64,000 bases of DNA, taken from Azolla caroliniana. Its lineage: Eukaryota > Plantae > Polypodiophyta. The stretch spans positions 62,001-126,000 of the forward strand of contig JBHGNT010000049.1 of NCBI GenBank assembly GCA_043228905.1. Direction: 5' to 3'. The notes beneath the pieces are model-generated. The model did not search any database. It saw nothing but the letters and a program-made list of their open reading frames with translations, and was not told the origin of the DNA. The translations under genes were made by a program, and so were the position numbers. How positions within the stretch are numbered: position 1 is the stretch's first letter; each line of letters begins with the position of its first letter. Below, piece by piece: positions 1 through 10,800 of this stretch.

Positions 1-3000
1 TGGTAGAGTATCAAGTTCCATGGAATGAACCAACCATTTGCCAATGTTGTTCACCTTTTGTGAATGTTAAGCAACCATGAAAGGCTTAAGGTAATTCCAA
101 TATTATGTTTATGCATTGACAATGGCTTTTGTGAGTATATGTACCCCTCCTCCCCCAAAGTTACTAGTTGGGAAAAAGCTAGGTCATTAGGGAAGATGCC
201 TATAGTTTGAACTTTGGATTGTTGGGAAGAGAGTCAATGAATGCTTTGACTGGTTATTTTGTCATTTGTCTCATAAGACACAAAAACTCTTCTCTTTATA
301 CTTGTTTCCTTTCCAATTAATCATTTAGAAGGTGATGTCACGCTTGCCAAATGCAAAGAATGGCAAACACATGATCTTAGTGCATTGGTATTCTATAACT
401 TCATTCCATCATGATGTACAAAGACTCTTCCCTTTGTTTGACTTTCATTTCTAAGTGCTAATTTAGAAGAGAATGCCATGTTATCAATGCATGAACAAAT
501 TGGACATTAAGGTATTTGTATTTTATATCCCAACTTGTTTGGATGATTACCTTGATATTCTATTCAATTGTGATGACTCTTGATCCAAGTACCATTTTTC
601 TTTGAGTTGAGACTATTATGCTACTTACAGATGTAGGTGCGTCCCATAGTACACATAGTACTATACATTTTGTGTTGAGATATTCGCACATGCAATGACA
701 TCATAACATGAGAGACATGCCCAGTGCCCACATCAATATAGCAAAAGAGTTATATTGATGCAGGCAATGGGAAGTAAATCGACATGTATCATGTACCAAG
801 AATATGATCTTTGAAATATAAGTGTTGGAATGTAGCAAAAGTAGTATCTTATTGTTGGTACATGTTTCATGGACGAGGATATATGATCTTAAAAATACAA
901 GTGTTGGATGTATGCCACTTTAATCGTGGTCAATAATTTTCGATCATAAGTCAAAGGAGGAGAATATTTTGTATCAATTCCAATGAAGGATAAAAGATAA
1001 AAGCATGTAGTGTGTTGGTGATGGTACTAAACTTTCTAGAAATATTTTCAAGCATACAAAAAGCTCAAAAATGATGAATTGCAACACATTCCCAACAATG
1101 TGAGGTAAAAATTATTCTCAATAGGAAAAATAAAATGATCAATTAGTTAAGAATGAATATTATGAATTCCCTTGTTGATAGCATAACCAAGTAGGTCAAA
1201 AGATAAAATATGGTTTTGGACCATAGTACGTAAAATTCGTGTTCATCTAGCATAACATTCGTTTTCCTACGTTGGAAAATGAATGCGAATGTTATTCAAA
1301 CATTCTTGTGTTATTTTTTTTGTTTTTTCTCCATTTTTTTAATGTTTTTTTTTCATTTTTAGGCTTATTTACTTCATAATAAATAGTTAATCCAAAAGTA
1401 TGGTATTTATCATTCTCTGAGGGTGTTTTTCTTACGCGAATGTGAATGCATGTATGGTACATATGGTTCATACTATGTTTTGGACAACCAAATTCCACAT
1501 TCAAGTGATTGGCGAACAAAACTAATTAATCATTAGATAACAATTGTGGTGTTGTGAAAGAATTGCTTCACAATATGAAAACAAATTCAAATAGTGCTAT
1601 AGTATCATGTGCGAGGCTCAAACCTATAACCTCACATATCAACCACCAAGTGTGAACCATGAGGATAAATATTTCTATAAGCATATTCTCATCATTATAA
1701 TTACGTGTTACACAATATTGCATACATGCTTACTTAGATGAGCAACATGGCTATCATGCATCCCACGTTAACATATGATCAACAAAACACACTTTCGCAC
1801 ATGTGTACTCATTTTTGTCTTTCCAAAATGAAGCTATTTTCCCGTTAGTTAGGAAGGATTATTACAAAGAGATTGTACAAGGAGGCTTATACATAGATCG
1901 GGGAATCTCCCTCCGATTAGGTTCAAGAAAATGACACTAGTTACAATGCCTTTCGGACTGACTACTTAATGTAAGTACCTATAGCTAAAAACAATGCCCT
2001 TCAGTGATGGCTAGTATGGGTGGTAAGTGAGCTAGAAACAACCAACGTGGCGCACATGTGCACTCTTATTTGAAGATTATTTAAGGAGATGGGGTTGAAG
2101 CATCAAGACCTTAGAATATATATCATATTGGGAAAGTTTCTCATCTCTTAATATTGAAGTTATGGATTCAAGTCAAAGTTTAGCAAAGATGAGGTGTTAT
2201 GATTGACCCTCCTAATTGAATATTGTAACTTTGGCAAATAAAATATTTTATTCTTAATTTAATAGAACATATTTTTGTCATATATTGTTTCAGTTTTGCT
2301 TCTATAATCTTACATTATCTTCATCTCTTGTTTGTGCTCGTCTCTTTTCCTTTCTTTTATGAACTCTCCTCGTTCATAACCCTGGCAGTTCGACACTTCC
2401 ATCATGAACTCTAAATAACAGTGACAAAGCAAAACTGCATATCAACAAGAAACCATGTTAAGTCATGGAGGGTGTATCTTAATTAGTTAGGCTAGCTCCC
2501 ATAAATCCAAGCTAGCGTAGGATTTGGCAAGGTTAACAACTTCCTAGGTCAAATGTGGTTGTTGGTTTATGTCGATCATCAACCAATCCCCAATGCTTAG
2601 CAAGTTTACTATTATAGAGCATGTTGAACATGACAGGGCGTAAAAAATGGGGTACAAATTAGATATAACATTTACCTAAAGAGGGAGACGTAAAATATGA
2701 ACTAATGTAATGTCTTTAAGTATCTGTAATGAAAGTTTATGTTTTCTCAAGTGTTCTTCTTGAGAACCATTTCAAGGCCATTTTGCGAGGACACACCACC
2801 ATCCACCCCTTGTGGGAAAGTCTGGTAAGAGAGGGCATTGATCACTCCCAAGCTAATAATGCTCAAATAAACCACTAAAGCAAACTTGAATTTTGCCCTA
2901 TGACCTAAACACATTCATAAGACAAGACATTAACATTTAATCACTAAGAAACTTTATCACAAATCCATGGATTTGATAGAAGAAATAAGAAATTACCATT

Positions 3001-3219
3001 ACAATCCATCTTTTATATGTTTGTTTAATTATATACAAACTTTAAGTTTATTACAGTAATTAGGCTTGAAGCTTTAGATGAAAAAAGCAAGGAACATTTA
3101 GTTGTAGGGAGTTAGAATGAGGATGAACCCTACAAAAGGTTTATTGTTTCACTTTTATACTTCCTTCATTTAACTAAATTATAGTTATGACCCATTTTAC
3201 ACTTGTTCATATACATTAT

Positions 3220-3702
3220 TGTCACAGACACACCAACCGTGGACTACGACGGAGCATGGAGCACGAGGCTACGATCGACGGGCTACAAACTTGGAGCTAG
3301 AAGTGACGAGGCTAGGAACTCTAGAAATTGTGATCAACATGAGTGCATGAAGACAAATATGAAGATCAAGGAGACAAGATGGAATGAAACGAGGAAGACT
3401 AGATTGATGTGTCAGTGACTGGCGTTGAATCCCTTGAAAGGGACCAAGGAGGTTACAAGTATTTATATTGTGAGTTGAAGTACATGCATTAGAATATTCT
3501 TGAGAATATTTTGGAGAATATTCTAGAACCCTCTAGAACCTTCTAGAACTTTCTAAAAACTCCTAGAATGTGAATAGATAATCTATGAAGATATACATAA
3601 CACGATTATGTACTTGGATATGTTGGTTACAATATAACGCTTGACTATAATACAAGAGGTCAAGAGTTCAAATCTTGACATAACTGTGTCATGTCTGTTA
3701 CA
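3220..3702 (-). repeat. 3' LTR of the non-autonomous element
   Basis: TG...CA termini; aligns with 5157-5615 apart from substitutions and a short indel. Confidence 0.9.
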
Positions 3703-3716
3703 TTATCCTCCCTTTT
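3703..3716 (-). other. Polypurine tract
   Basis: Plus strand TTATCCTCCCTTTT = minus AAAAGGGAGGATAA directly before the LTR TG; same GGATAA ending as the chromovirus PPT at 31352-31365. Confidence 0.85.
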
Positions 3717-3767
3717 ACGGTTGCCTTTTCGAAAGCACGATGTAGGGGTGAATGGGAAGTGGTGGGT

Positions 3768-4605
3768 GTGAGAAACCATGTGTTGTCCTCATTGGAAACA
3801 CGAACATCAACTGACATGAGTGACCATGTGGAGTCCTCTTTGGGAACTAGAACACGAATACCAATAGGCGTGAGTGACCATGTGAGGTCCTCACCGAGAA
3901 CTGGAACATGAAGAACAACAGGCATGAGTGACCATATCGGTCCTCATCGGGATCTGGAACACGAACAATAGCAGGAGTGAGCGACCATGTGCGGTCCTCA
4001 TAGGGAACACGAACACCAACGGGCATGAGAGACCATGTCGGTCCTCGCTGAGAGTTGGAACACGAACACCAACGAGCATGAGCTACCATGTGTGGTCCTC
4101 ACCGGGAACTGGAACACGAACACCAACGAGCATGAGCTACCATGTGTGGTCCTCACCAGGAACTTGAACATGAACAACAACGGCCATGAGCGATCATGTC
4201 GGTCCTCGCCAGGATCTGGAACACGAACAATAACTGGAGTGAGTGACCATGTGCAGTCCTCACTGGAGACTGGAACACGAATGGGAGTGAGCGACCATGT
4301 GTGGCCCTCATCGAGAACCGGAACGTGAGTGACCATATGCGGTCCTCATCGAAAACATGCGGTCGTGAGAGACCATGCGGCCCTCATCGAGAACTGGAAC
4401 ATGAGCGATCATGTGCGGTCCTCATCTAAAACACGAACAGGCGTGAGCGACCATGCGGCCCTCACCAGGAACTGGAACACAAACGGGAGTGAACGACCAT
4501 GGGGTCCTCATCGGGAACTAAAGCATGAATGGGAATGAGCGACCACGGGGTCCTCATCAGAACTAGAACACAAACCAGAGTGAGCGACCATGCGGCCCTC
4601 ACCGG
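3768..4605. repeat. Tandem array of 18 units (38-54 bp), each with a bulged hairpin core RTGAG-N-GACC-loop-GGTC-CTCAY
   Basis: Units counted by eye; 54-bp period at about 4057/4111/4165, shorter linkers toward 4600. Confidence 0.9.
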
Positions 4606-5143
4606 GAACTAGAACACAAACGGGCGAAGGAGTGCAAGTGAAGCAGTCAACTTGACTTCTTCTATTATGAGAGGGTAAATAGTCGAGTTTGACCCAAGAC
4701 ACGACACAAACGATAGAGCTAGCGAGAAAATCAGGCGATCCCCAACATGAAAGTGAGTGGTTGTGACCCCCACCGGATTTGGGAAGGTGAGCGATCGAAA
4801 TCGGTCCTCGCCAACAGAAGTCCGCGAGACTTGAACTATAACGAAAATGCAGTGCAAGCGAGTAATGATCCGATCCCCACCAGGAAAGTGAGTGGTTGTG
4901 AACCCCATCGGAACTCGGAAGGTGAGCAATCGAAAGCAATCCTCACCAAAACAGTGATGCAAAACGATACCTAAAAATGATGACAAGTAGTGTTGATGAC
5001 GACGATGGTTGGGCGAAGAGGTGTTGAAAATGATGACGTCGAAGACAAGGATGTTGATGACGGTAACTTCGTTAGCAAGGACGGTGATGATGGTAACTCT
5101 AGAAGCAAAGGCGATGACGAAGATGGGTGGTGCTTCCAGTTAG

Positions 5144-5154
5144 AAGGGATTCAA
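5144..5154 (-). other. Self-complementary primer-binding site (non-tRNA)
   Basis: Minus TTGAATCCCTT begins 2 nt after the 5' LTR and is complementary to minus AAGGGATTCAA at 5347-5337 in the LTR. Confidence 0.8.
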
Positions 5155-5156
5155 AC

Positions 5157-5615
5157 TATCACAGACACACCAACCGCGGACTACGACGGAGCATGGATGA
5201 CGAGGCTACGATCGATGGGCTACGAACTTGGAGCTAGAAGTGACGAGGCTAGGAACTCTAGAAGGTGTGATCAACATGAGTGCATGAAAGATGGAATGAA
5301 ACGAGGAAAACTAGATTGATGTGTCAGTGACTGGCGTTGAATCCCTTGAAAGGGACCAAGGAGGTTACAAGTATTTATATTGTGAGTTGAAGTACATACA
5401 TTAGAATATTCTTGAGAATATTTTGGAGAATATTCTAGAACCCTCTAGAACCTTCTAGAACTTTCTATAAACTCCTAGAACGTGAATAGATAATCTATGA
5501 AGATATATATAATGTAATTTATGTACTTCAATATGTTGGTTACGATATAACACTTGACTATAATACAAGAGGTCAAGAGTTCAAATCTTGACATAATCGT
5601 GTCATGTCTGTGACA
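5157..5615 (-). repeat. 5' LTR of the non-autonomous element
   Basis: Repeat of 3220-3702; minus-strand TATAAATA at 5379-5372; inner terminus mutated (TA instead of TG on plus). Confidence 0.9.
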
Positions 5616-5643
5616 ATTACCTTTATATATAATTTACAATGTT

Positions 5644-5645
<2 letters not shown>

Positions 5646-5688
<43 letters not shown>
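5646..5688. repeat. (TC)n microsatellite
   Basis: Direct reading. Confidence 0.95.
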
Positions 5689-5691
<3 letters not shown>

Positions 5692-5759
5692 CCTACTTCG
5701 ACAAAGAGTACTTATTGTATCCCTGATTTAGAGCATTGAATTCAAGATGTCCAAATGAT

Positions 5760-7060
5760 ACTTAACAACTTATGGCAAAGTTATTTGCATACATAATGGA
5801 AGCTAAGTTAAAGTGCATGGACGAAAAAGAATGATAAGAGGTTGATAGCAAGTGGGTTTTTGGAAACACAACACTATCAATCACCTTGTCACTCTTTGAG
5901 TGTTGATGCAAGACTTCAAGAAAGCTTTTGAGATAGTGCCTTGTGAGCATCTTTAAGACAGATGGAAGAATTCAAGCTACCAAGTGAATGTATGCTTGCA
6001 ATTTTTCAAATCTATGGGAATGTGATATACCATGTGTATATAGGAGATGGAATTTCATATTGTTCATTAACATCATTGCTATTAAGTAAGGATGCTCACT
6101 CTCACCCACTTTCTTTGGTTTGAGCATAAATTGATGAATTTGATAAAATGGTGAAGTAAGAATGCATTAAAGAAGTTACCATAAAAAATGTAGTTATCCT
6201 GCTTATTAATATGTAGATGATATGACGTTTTTTGCAAATGCTTTAGAATATGTCCAAAAACTTTTGAGTATATTGTAAAACTTTTGTATGTTTCGCAAGT
6301 TGAATGTCAATAGATCCCAAAACAAAGGTTATGCCCAATGGTGACGAAATTTAATGCTAGATTTTCAAGAAATACATACTTGATACATTGGTAACACTAA
6401 TGCTTCTCTATGAGGATCAAGTACGGGGTTGTAACATCCCAAAGTCTATTAAGAAAGAGTTTGAAAATGTCCAAAACTTTATTTAAAAAGAGTTTCTTCA
6501 AGACAAACCACAAACGCCATACATGCACCTATTTCTTGAAACCATATCCCTTCCCATTGAGATCATGCTTATGGAAAATCTAGTGCACACTAGAGGTTTA
6601 AAAAAAATTCTCACATCAACTACCTAATATTGAATGAGAAGCAAGTAAAAAGTAAAAAAAAAAACCAAGTACAAAGATTTAACAAAAATATAATAAAGCA
6701 AGTAAAAATATTCAAAAGACATGCAAAAGCAAAAATGTCGACTTTGTATGCATGTTATGGAAGATCTGAAGAAATGGTTTGAAAAATGGAATGTATAACA
6801 TTTACTTCATGATACATCAATAGACTTGTCCATAGATGAGGCATTTTTTCGATGCCTATGTATCACAACTTGGAAAAGATATGAGGTTGTTTCACAAATT
6901 ATATTATGTATGTTGCATCAAACTACAAAACCACATTCTTCTTAGAACATGGAAACCACATCATCAATGTAAACTCTTATTCATATCTTTTATCAATCAA
7001 ATTTTCAAACATCAAGAGTCACAACTCAATTCAGACAAACTATGTAAAATTGACCTTTAA
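5760..7060 (+). pseudogene. Degenerate LINE (RTE-like) reverse transcriptase
   Basis: Broken RT motifs: INHLVTL*VLM (about 5880), IK*GCSLSPTFFGL (QGCPLSP motif, about 6080), a YADD-like box (about 6210) and KEFENVQ..QTPYMHLFLETISLPIEIM (about 6450-6570). Confidence 0.65.
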
Positions 7061-7076
7061 TAATGATAATAATCAA

Positions 7077-7148
7077 GTCGTTGCAGTATAATGGTAAATA
7101 TTCCCACTTGTCACATGCGTGACTTGGATTTGATCCCCGACAACAATG
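7077..7148 (+). pseudogene. tRNA-Asp(GTC) pseudogene
   Basis: 72 nt colinear with the plant cytosolic tRNA-Asp sequence as I recall it (GTCGTTGTAGTATAGTGG...GGCAACGGCG); GTC anticodon kept; CAA upstream and TTTTT downstream; about 16 substitutions break the stems and the B box. Confidence 0.85.
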
Positions 7149-7256
7149 TCTTTTTCCTATGGGTCAATATTGGTCTCTCTATGGACGCTAAATCTTTCTC
7201 TCTCTCCCCTAGCAAGCTACATATAATGAGATATTTCCATGAACAATCTCTAACTC

Positions 7257-7870
7257 TCACATAAGAAAATGACAATATCCTTTATTCAATGCCTAAATTA
7301 ACCTTCATGCTTCATAATTGTTGATTCCTATTTAACAATCGGCAATGGTTCAGTTTGACAGTGTCAAACCCGAACCGTTTAAAATTTTTGAAACTTGAAC
7401 AAAATCAAATCACGAAATTGCAAAAAAAAATTCAAATATTTAAACCATTAAACCGTTAAAACTGCGATTTTGTGGCTCAGTTTCAGTTTTCAACTTAGGT
7501 CAAATTTTAAAATATTTCATTATTTAAAATTTTAAAGATTTTCCTAAAATGTGAGATAAGGCTTGAAAATGAAAAGATTGTTTAATTTTTTTTTAATATT
7601 AAAAAATAAAAAACCGTTAAATCGTTTAAAGTGCAGTTTCTAACTGTTAAAACCGAACTGTTTAAACCATGGTTTCGCCGTTTGGTTCAAACCGAACCGT
7701 TGCCGACTTTTATTCCTATTGTCACACCCTCAACATTATAGGTTTAATCCTAAACAATCACATAAGACTACAACAATATCCTTTATTCAATGCCTAAATT
7801 AACCTTCATGCTTCATAATTGTTGATTCCTATTGTTACACCCTTAACAATATAGGTGTAATCCTAAATGA
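7257..7870. repeat. About 113-bp tandem duplication; the first copy is interrupted by a MITE
   Basis: ACAATATCCTTTATTCAATGCCTAAATTAACCTTCATGCTTCATAATTGTTGATTCCTATT at 7272 and 7773. Confidence 0.85.
7333..7712. mobile_element. hAT-type MITE
   Basis: Imperfect TIRs TAACAATCGGCAATGGTTCAGTTTGA / TCAAACCGAACCGTTGCCGACTTTTA; 8-bp TSD TTCCTATT (7325-7332, 7713-7720); subterminal AAACCG motifs; empty site in the adjacent duplicate. Confidence 0.85.
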
Positions 7871-10800
7871 TTGCAATGGGGGTTCCATGTGATTGTAATG
7901 TCAAAGTTAGCATACAAATGGGTGTCCATGAAGTATTGATTACGCATTTTACCTTGCAAATGTCCATCATGTATTGCTGCAATCAACAAGTTCATGCAAT
8001 AAGGTAGTGTACATCAACAATCAAGACTCTAAGGGTCTTATAATGGTACGGTGTACCCCATCATCTCGTTTCTCATATAGCGAACTAAACTCTACATTTC
8101 ATCTTTCTATTAATCTTTTGCCAACCTCATATCAATCTCTCGTTTTAATCCTTCTTAATATACAACATTTCTCATATGGTATCTCTCCTACTCTTGCCAT
8201 ATATTAAAATTTATTATATTATTGGTTAAAATTTCTCTATTGTTGATATGTTGGGAACTGTTTGGCTTCTATCATGGAGAAGCTACATTAAATATCTTCT
8301 TCGCAAGCCCATATTGATCAAGAGTGTTGAGCTGTCTACAACTACCCCATATTGATTGGATAAGGAACACGAGTAGGGTCATCCTACTCCATGCTAAGCA
8401 TGAAGAAATACAATATGCATATGCTTGTGCACTTCTTAATAAAAAAGTTTGGGGTTGTTGGTAAGTATAAAAATAAGGTTGCTAAGGATAGGTCGACGAA
8501 GAGAAATCCTCTTAAGTTCAAAGGCATACTTGGCCAACAAAAGAATCAATATTTACCAATCTGAATATATTTGGTACTTGAGTTTAAGAGTTAGATAGTT
8601 GTAGAGACAACTAGAGTCAAATGATGAATTAGTTGTGAGCTTCAATATATGTGGGTTCAAGTAATGTTGATCATTATGGTTAAAAGAACATAACTAGTTT
8701 TAAGTGTACGATGTAGTTCACCTAGTAGTTGCACTTCATTACCCAAATGTTTGATAAGTGTTTAACATTGCATACAAATTATTTATTCACGAATTCTTGG
8801 TTGAATGTGCAAGTGCTCTCTAGATCGTGATTCGTAATATATGACAAAGAATTGGGGGTATTTATTGGGTTTCATTATGTTGCTTTAGTGGATGAATATA
8901 ATCACAAAGGGGAAAAGCAAGAGAAGTTTACTCACTTTGTAGGGTTGAATAGATCTAATGATTGTTTGCGTAGTCTATAAAATATTTGAAACAATCCGAC
9001 ACTTTCAATTCCATGTACGATAAACCTTCTATACTCCTTGTTGATTCCCATGTATGTAATTTCAAAGTATATCATACCAAAAAAAGCATGCAAGGGTGAA
9101 ATCAAAGTAAAATTATTTGTTTAAGAATCTATGGATAGGTACTTTAAGAACGCTAAATATGATGAGATATAAGAGAATAATCTATCAAGCCATGCAATAT
9201 GATATGAATGGCATACATGTATACTCAATTTGTGGTCGACAAAGCATTCATTATGGCTAGCCCATTTCTACTTTCACTTCCACCCTTTCGAAACAACGTT
9301 GGGAATAAGTAGTCATTTCAACTATACAAGACAAAACAGAATTAAAATTGCAAGACAAGAGACAAGCGTGCATTTCATTATAAGATACTGTTGCAATCGA
9401 GGTGGACAATTGAGAATTTGTGAAATCAAAAGAAATGGTGAATTTTATTGTTGTTTCGATTATACGAGAATAAACCAGGGTCAAAGGAACAAAGAATGAG
9501 TGGATGGAATTCTTCTTTAAAGTGTATTCTATTGAATGGGTAGTTTGGTCAATAAAAAATGGAAGAGAACGAAAAAAAGTATCGATTTGTTCTTTTTGTA
9601 TTGTTGGGTCTAAGTAATTTCATATACAATGTTATGTGTGTTCCCCCTCATATTTTGGTTGTCTATCTCCTGTAGATGTTAATGATCACTCTCTCTCTCT
9701 CTCACTTAAGAAATGTACAAAGTAGTGTTGTTAAAAATCTCTCTTTCATGTAAGAATCTTAAGGTCAAACTAGTTTGATGGAATTGTGCTAAAGATTGTA
9801 ATGTCAATTATCAATATGGAATAGTTTATTACGCCAACTTATCATCCTATTGTTAGACGATGGACATTAATGTGATAAATGAATAAGTCGTGTCCCTACT
9901 ACAATACTAAATAGCAAGGATCTTATGACAAAGAAAAACTCTAAGGTTTTGTAAGATTGAGTGACATAAAGGGAACTCCACTCATGACAAGATGCTCACA
10001 ATGCTTAGTTGCAAAAATTGTCAAAACAAAATTCTTTTTTACCTACATGCTTTTTTTGCTACTCCATGGAGACCATCAAAACAAGAACCCATTTATCATA
10101 CTCCAATTATATGACAATCGCCATTACTTAAGGTAGTCAAACATAACCTATAAAATGGGGAGGGTAAAGTGCTAAGAAAAACCCACAAAAAGGGAAGGGT
10201 AATAAAAATTTCCCAATTACTAATGCCCAAAGTTATGACACAACCACACGAATGGCTTTAACAATTAGTCATGTAAGGAATCTATGTTTTCCATTCTCCT
10301 CGATCATTGTATGACACGAAATGTGTCCTATTTAAAATGTGTCAATGTTTTAAACCCATCCCATTGTGCTCCAAATAAACACTTTTGCACTGAATGGAGG
10401 ATGAGAACAAGAAGTAATCATGCATAAGAACCTAACGCCACCATCATATACAACAAGTAATGTGCCTTTTACTCAAAATGTTCCCCACTTTGCTAATCTC
10501 TCTTTACCTTCCATTATCTTATGATGGATGCCATTGGTGGGTTTTTTTCCCTTTTTGCCCTTTTAAACAATTAATATTTCCATGGACCATTTGTTACCTA
10601 TTTTGGAACAAAGGCCCCAAGAATTGGTAATGTAAATAATATTTGTCAAATATGACCATATCAAGGAGGTATATGAAACTTGCTTCATATAGACTTGCAG
10701 GTTGTGGATCTACCTATATGATTCTAAAATAACAATTTGCATGGTTATCGAGCCATTTTGTGTCACACAATTGAATTTAGACTTGAAAATTTCCTTTCCA

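Larger units (their letters stand above)
3220..5615 (-). mobile_element. Complete non-autonomous (non-coding) LTR retrotransposon, about 2.4 kb, related to the Tcn1-like chromovirus at 26463-31719
   Basis: Direct repeats at 3220-3702 and 5157-5615. Outer termini TGTCACAGACA...TGTCTGTGACA form an 11-bp inverted repeat. Near-perfect TSD ATTAT (3215-3219) / ATTAC (5616-5620). Minus-strand PPT AAAAGGGAGGATAA abuts the left LTR. No gag/pol ORF inside. Confidence 0.9.

Noticed and set aside
4530-4562. Hammerhead ribozyme (minus strand CTGATGAG followed by a stem), as in retrozymes
   Set aside because: The required GAAA after stem II is absent (GCTC instead) and CTGATGA occurs in only one unit.
3768-4605. 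CRISPR-like array (palindromic repeat plus spacers)
   Set aside because: Linkers are homologous to each other rather than unique, there are no cas genes, and the context is a eukaryotic LTR element.
3698-5319. Many overlapping short ORFs in the non-coding element
   Set aside because: They are by-products of 54-bp repeats and GAT-rich sequence, with no gag or pol motif.
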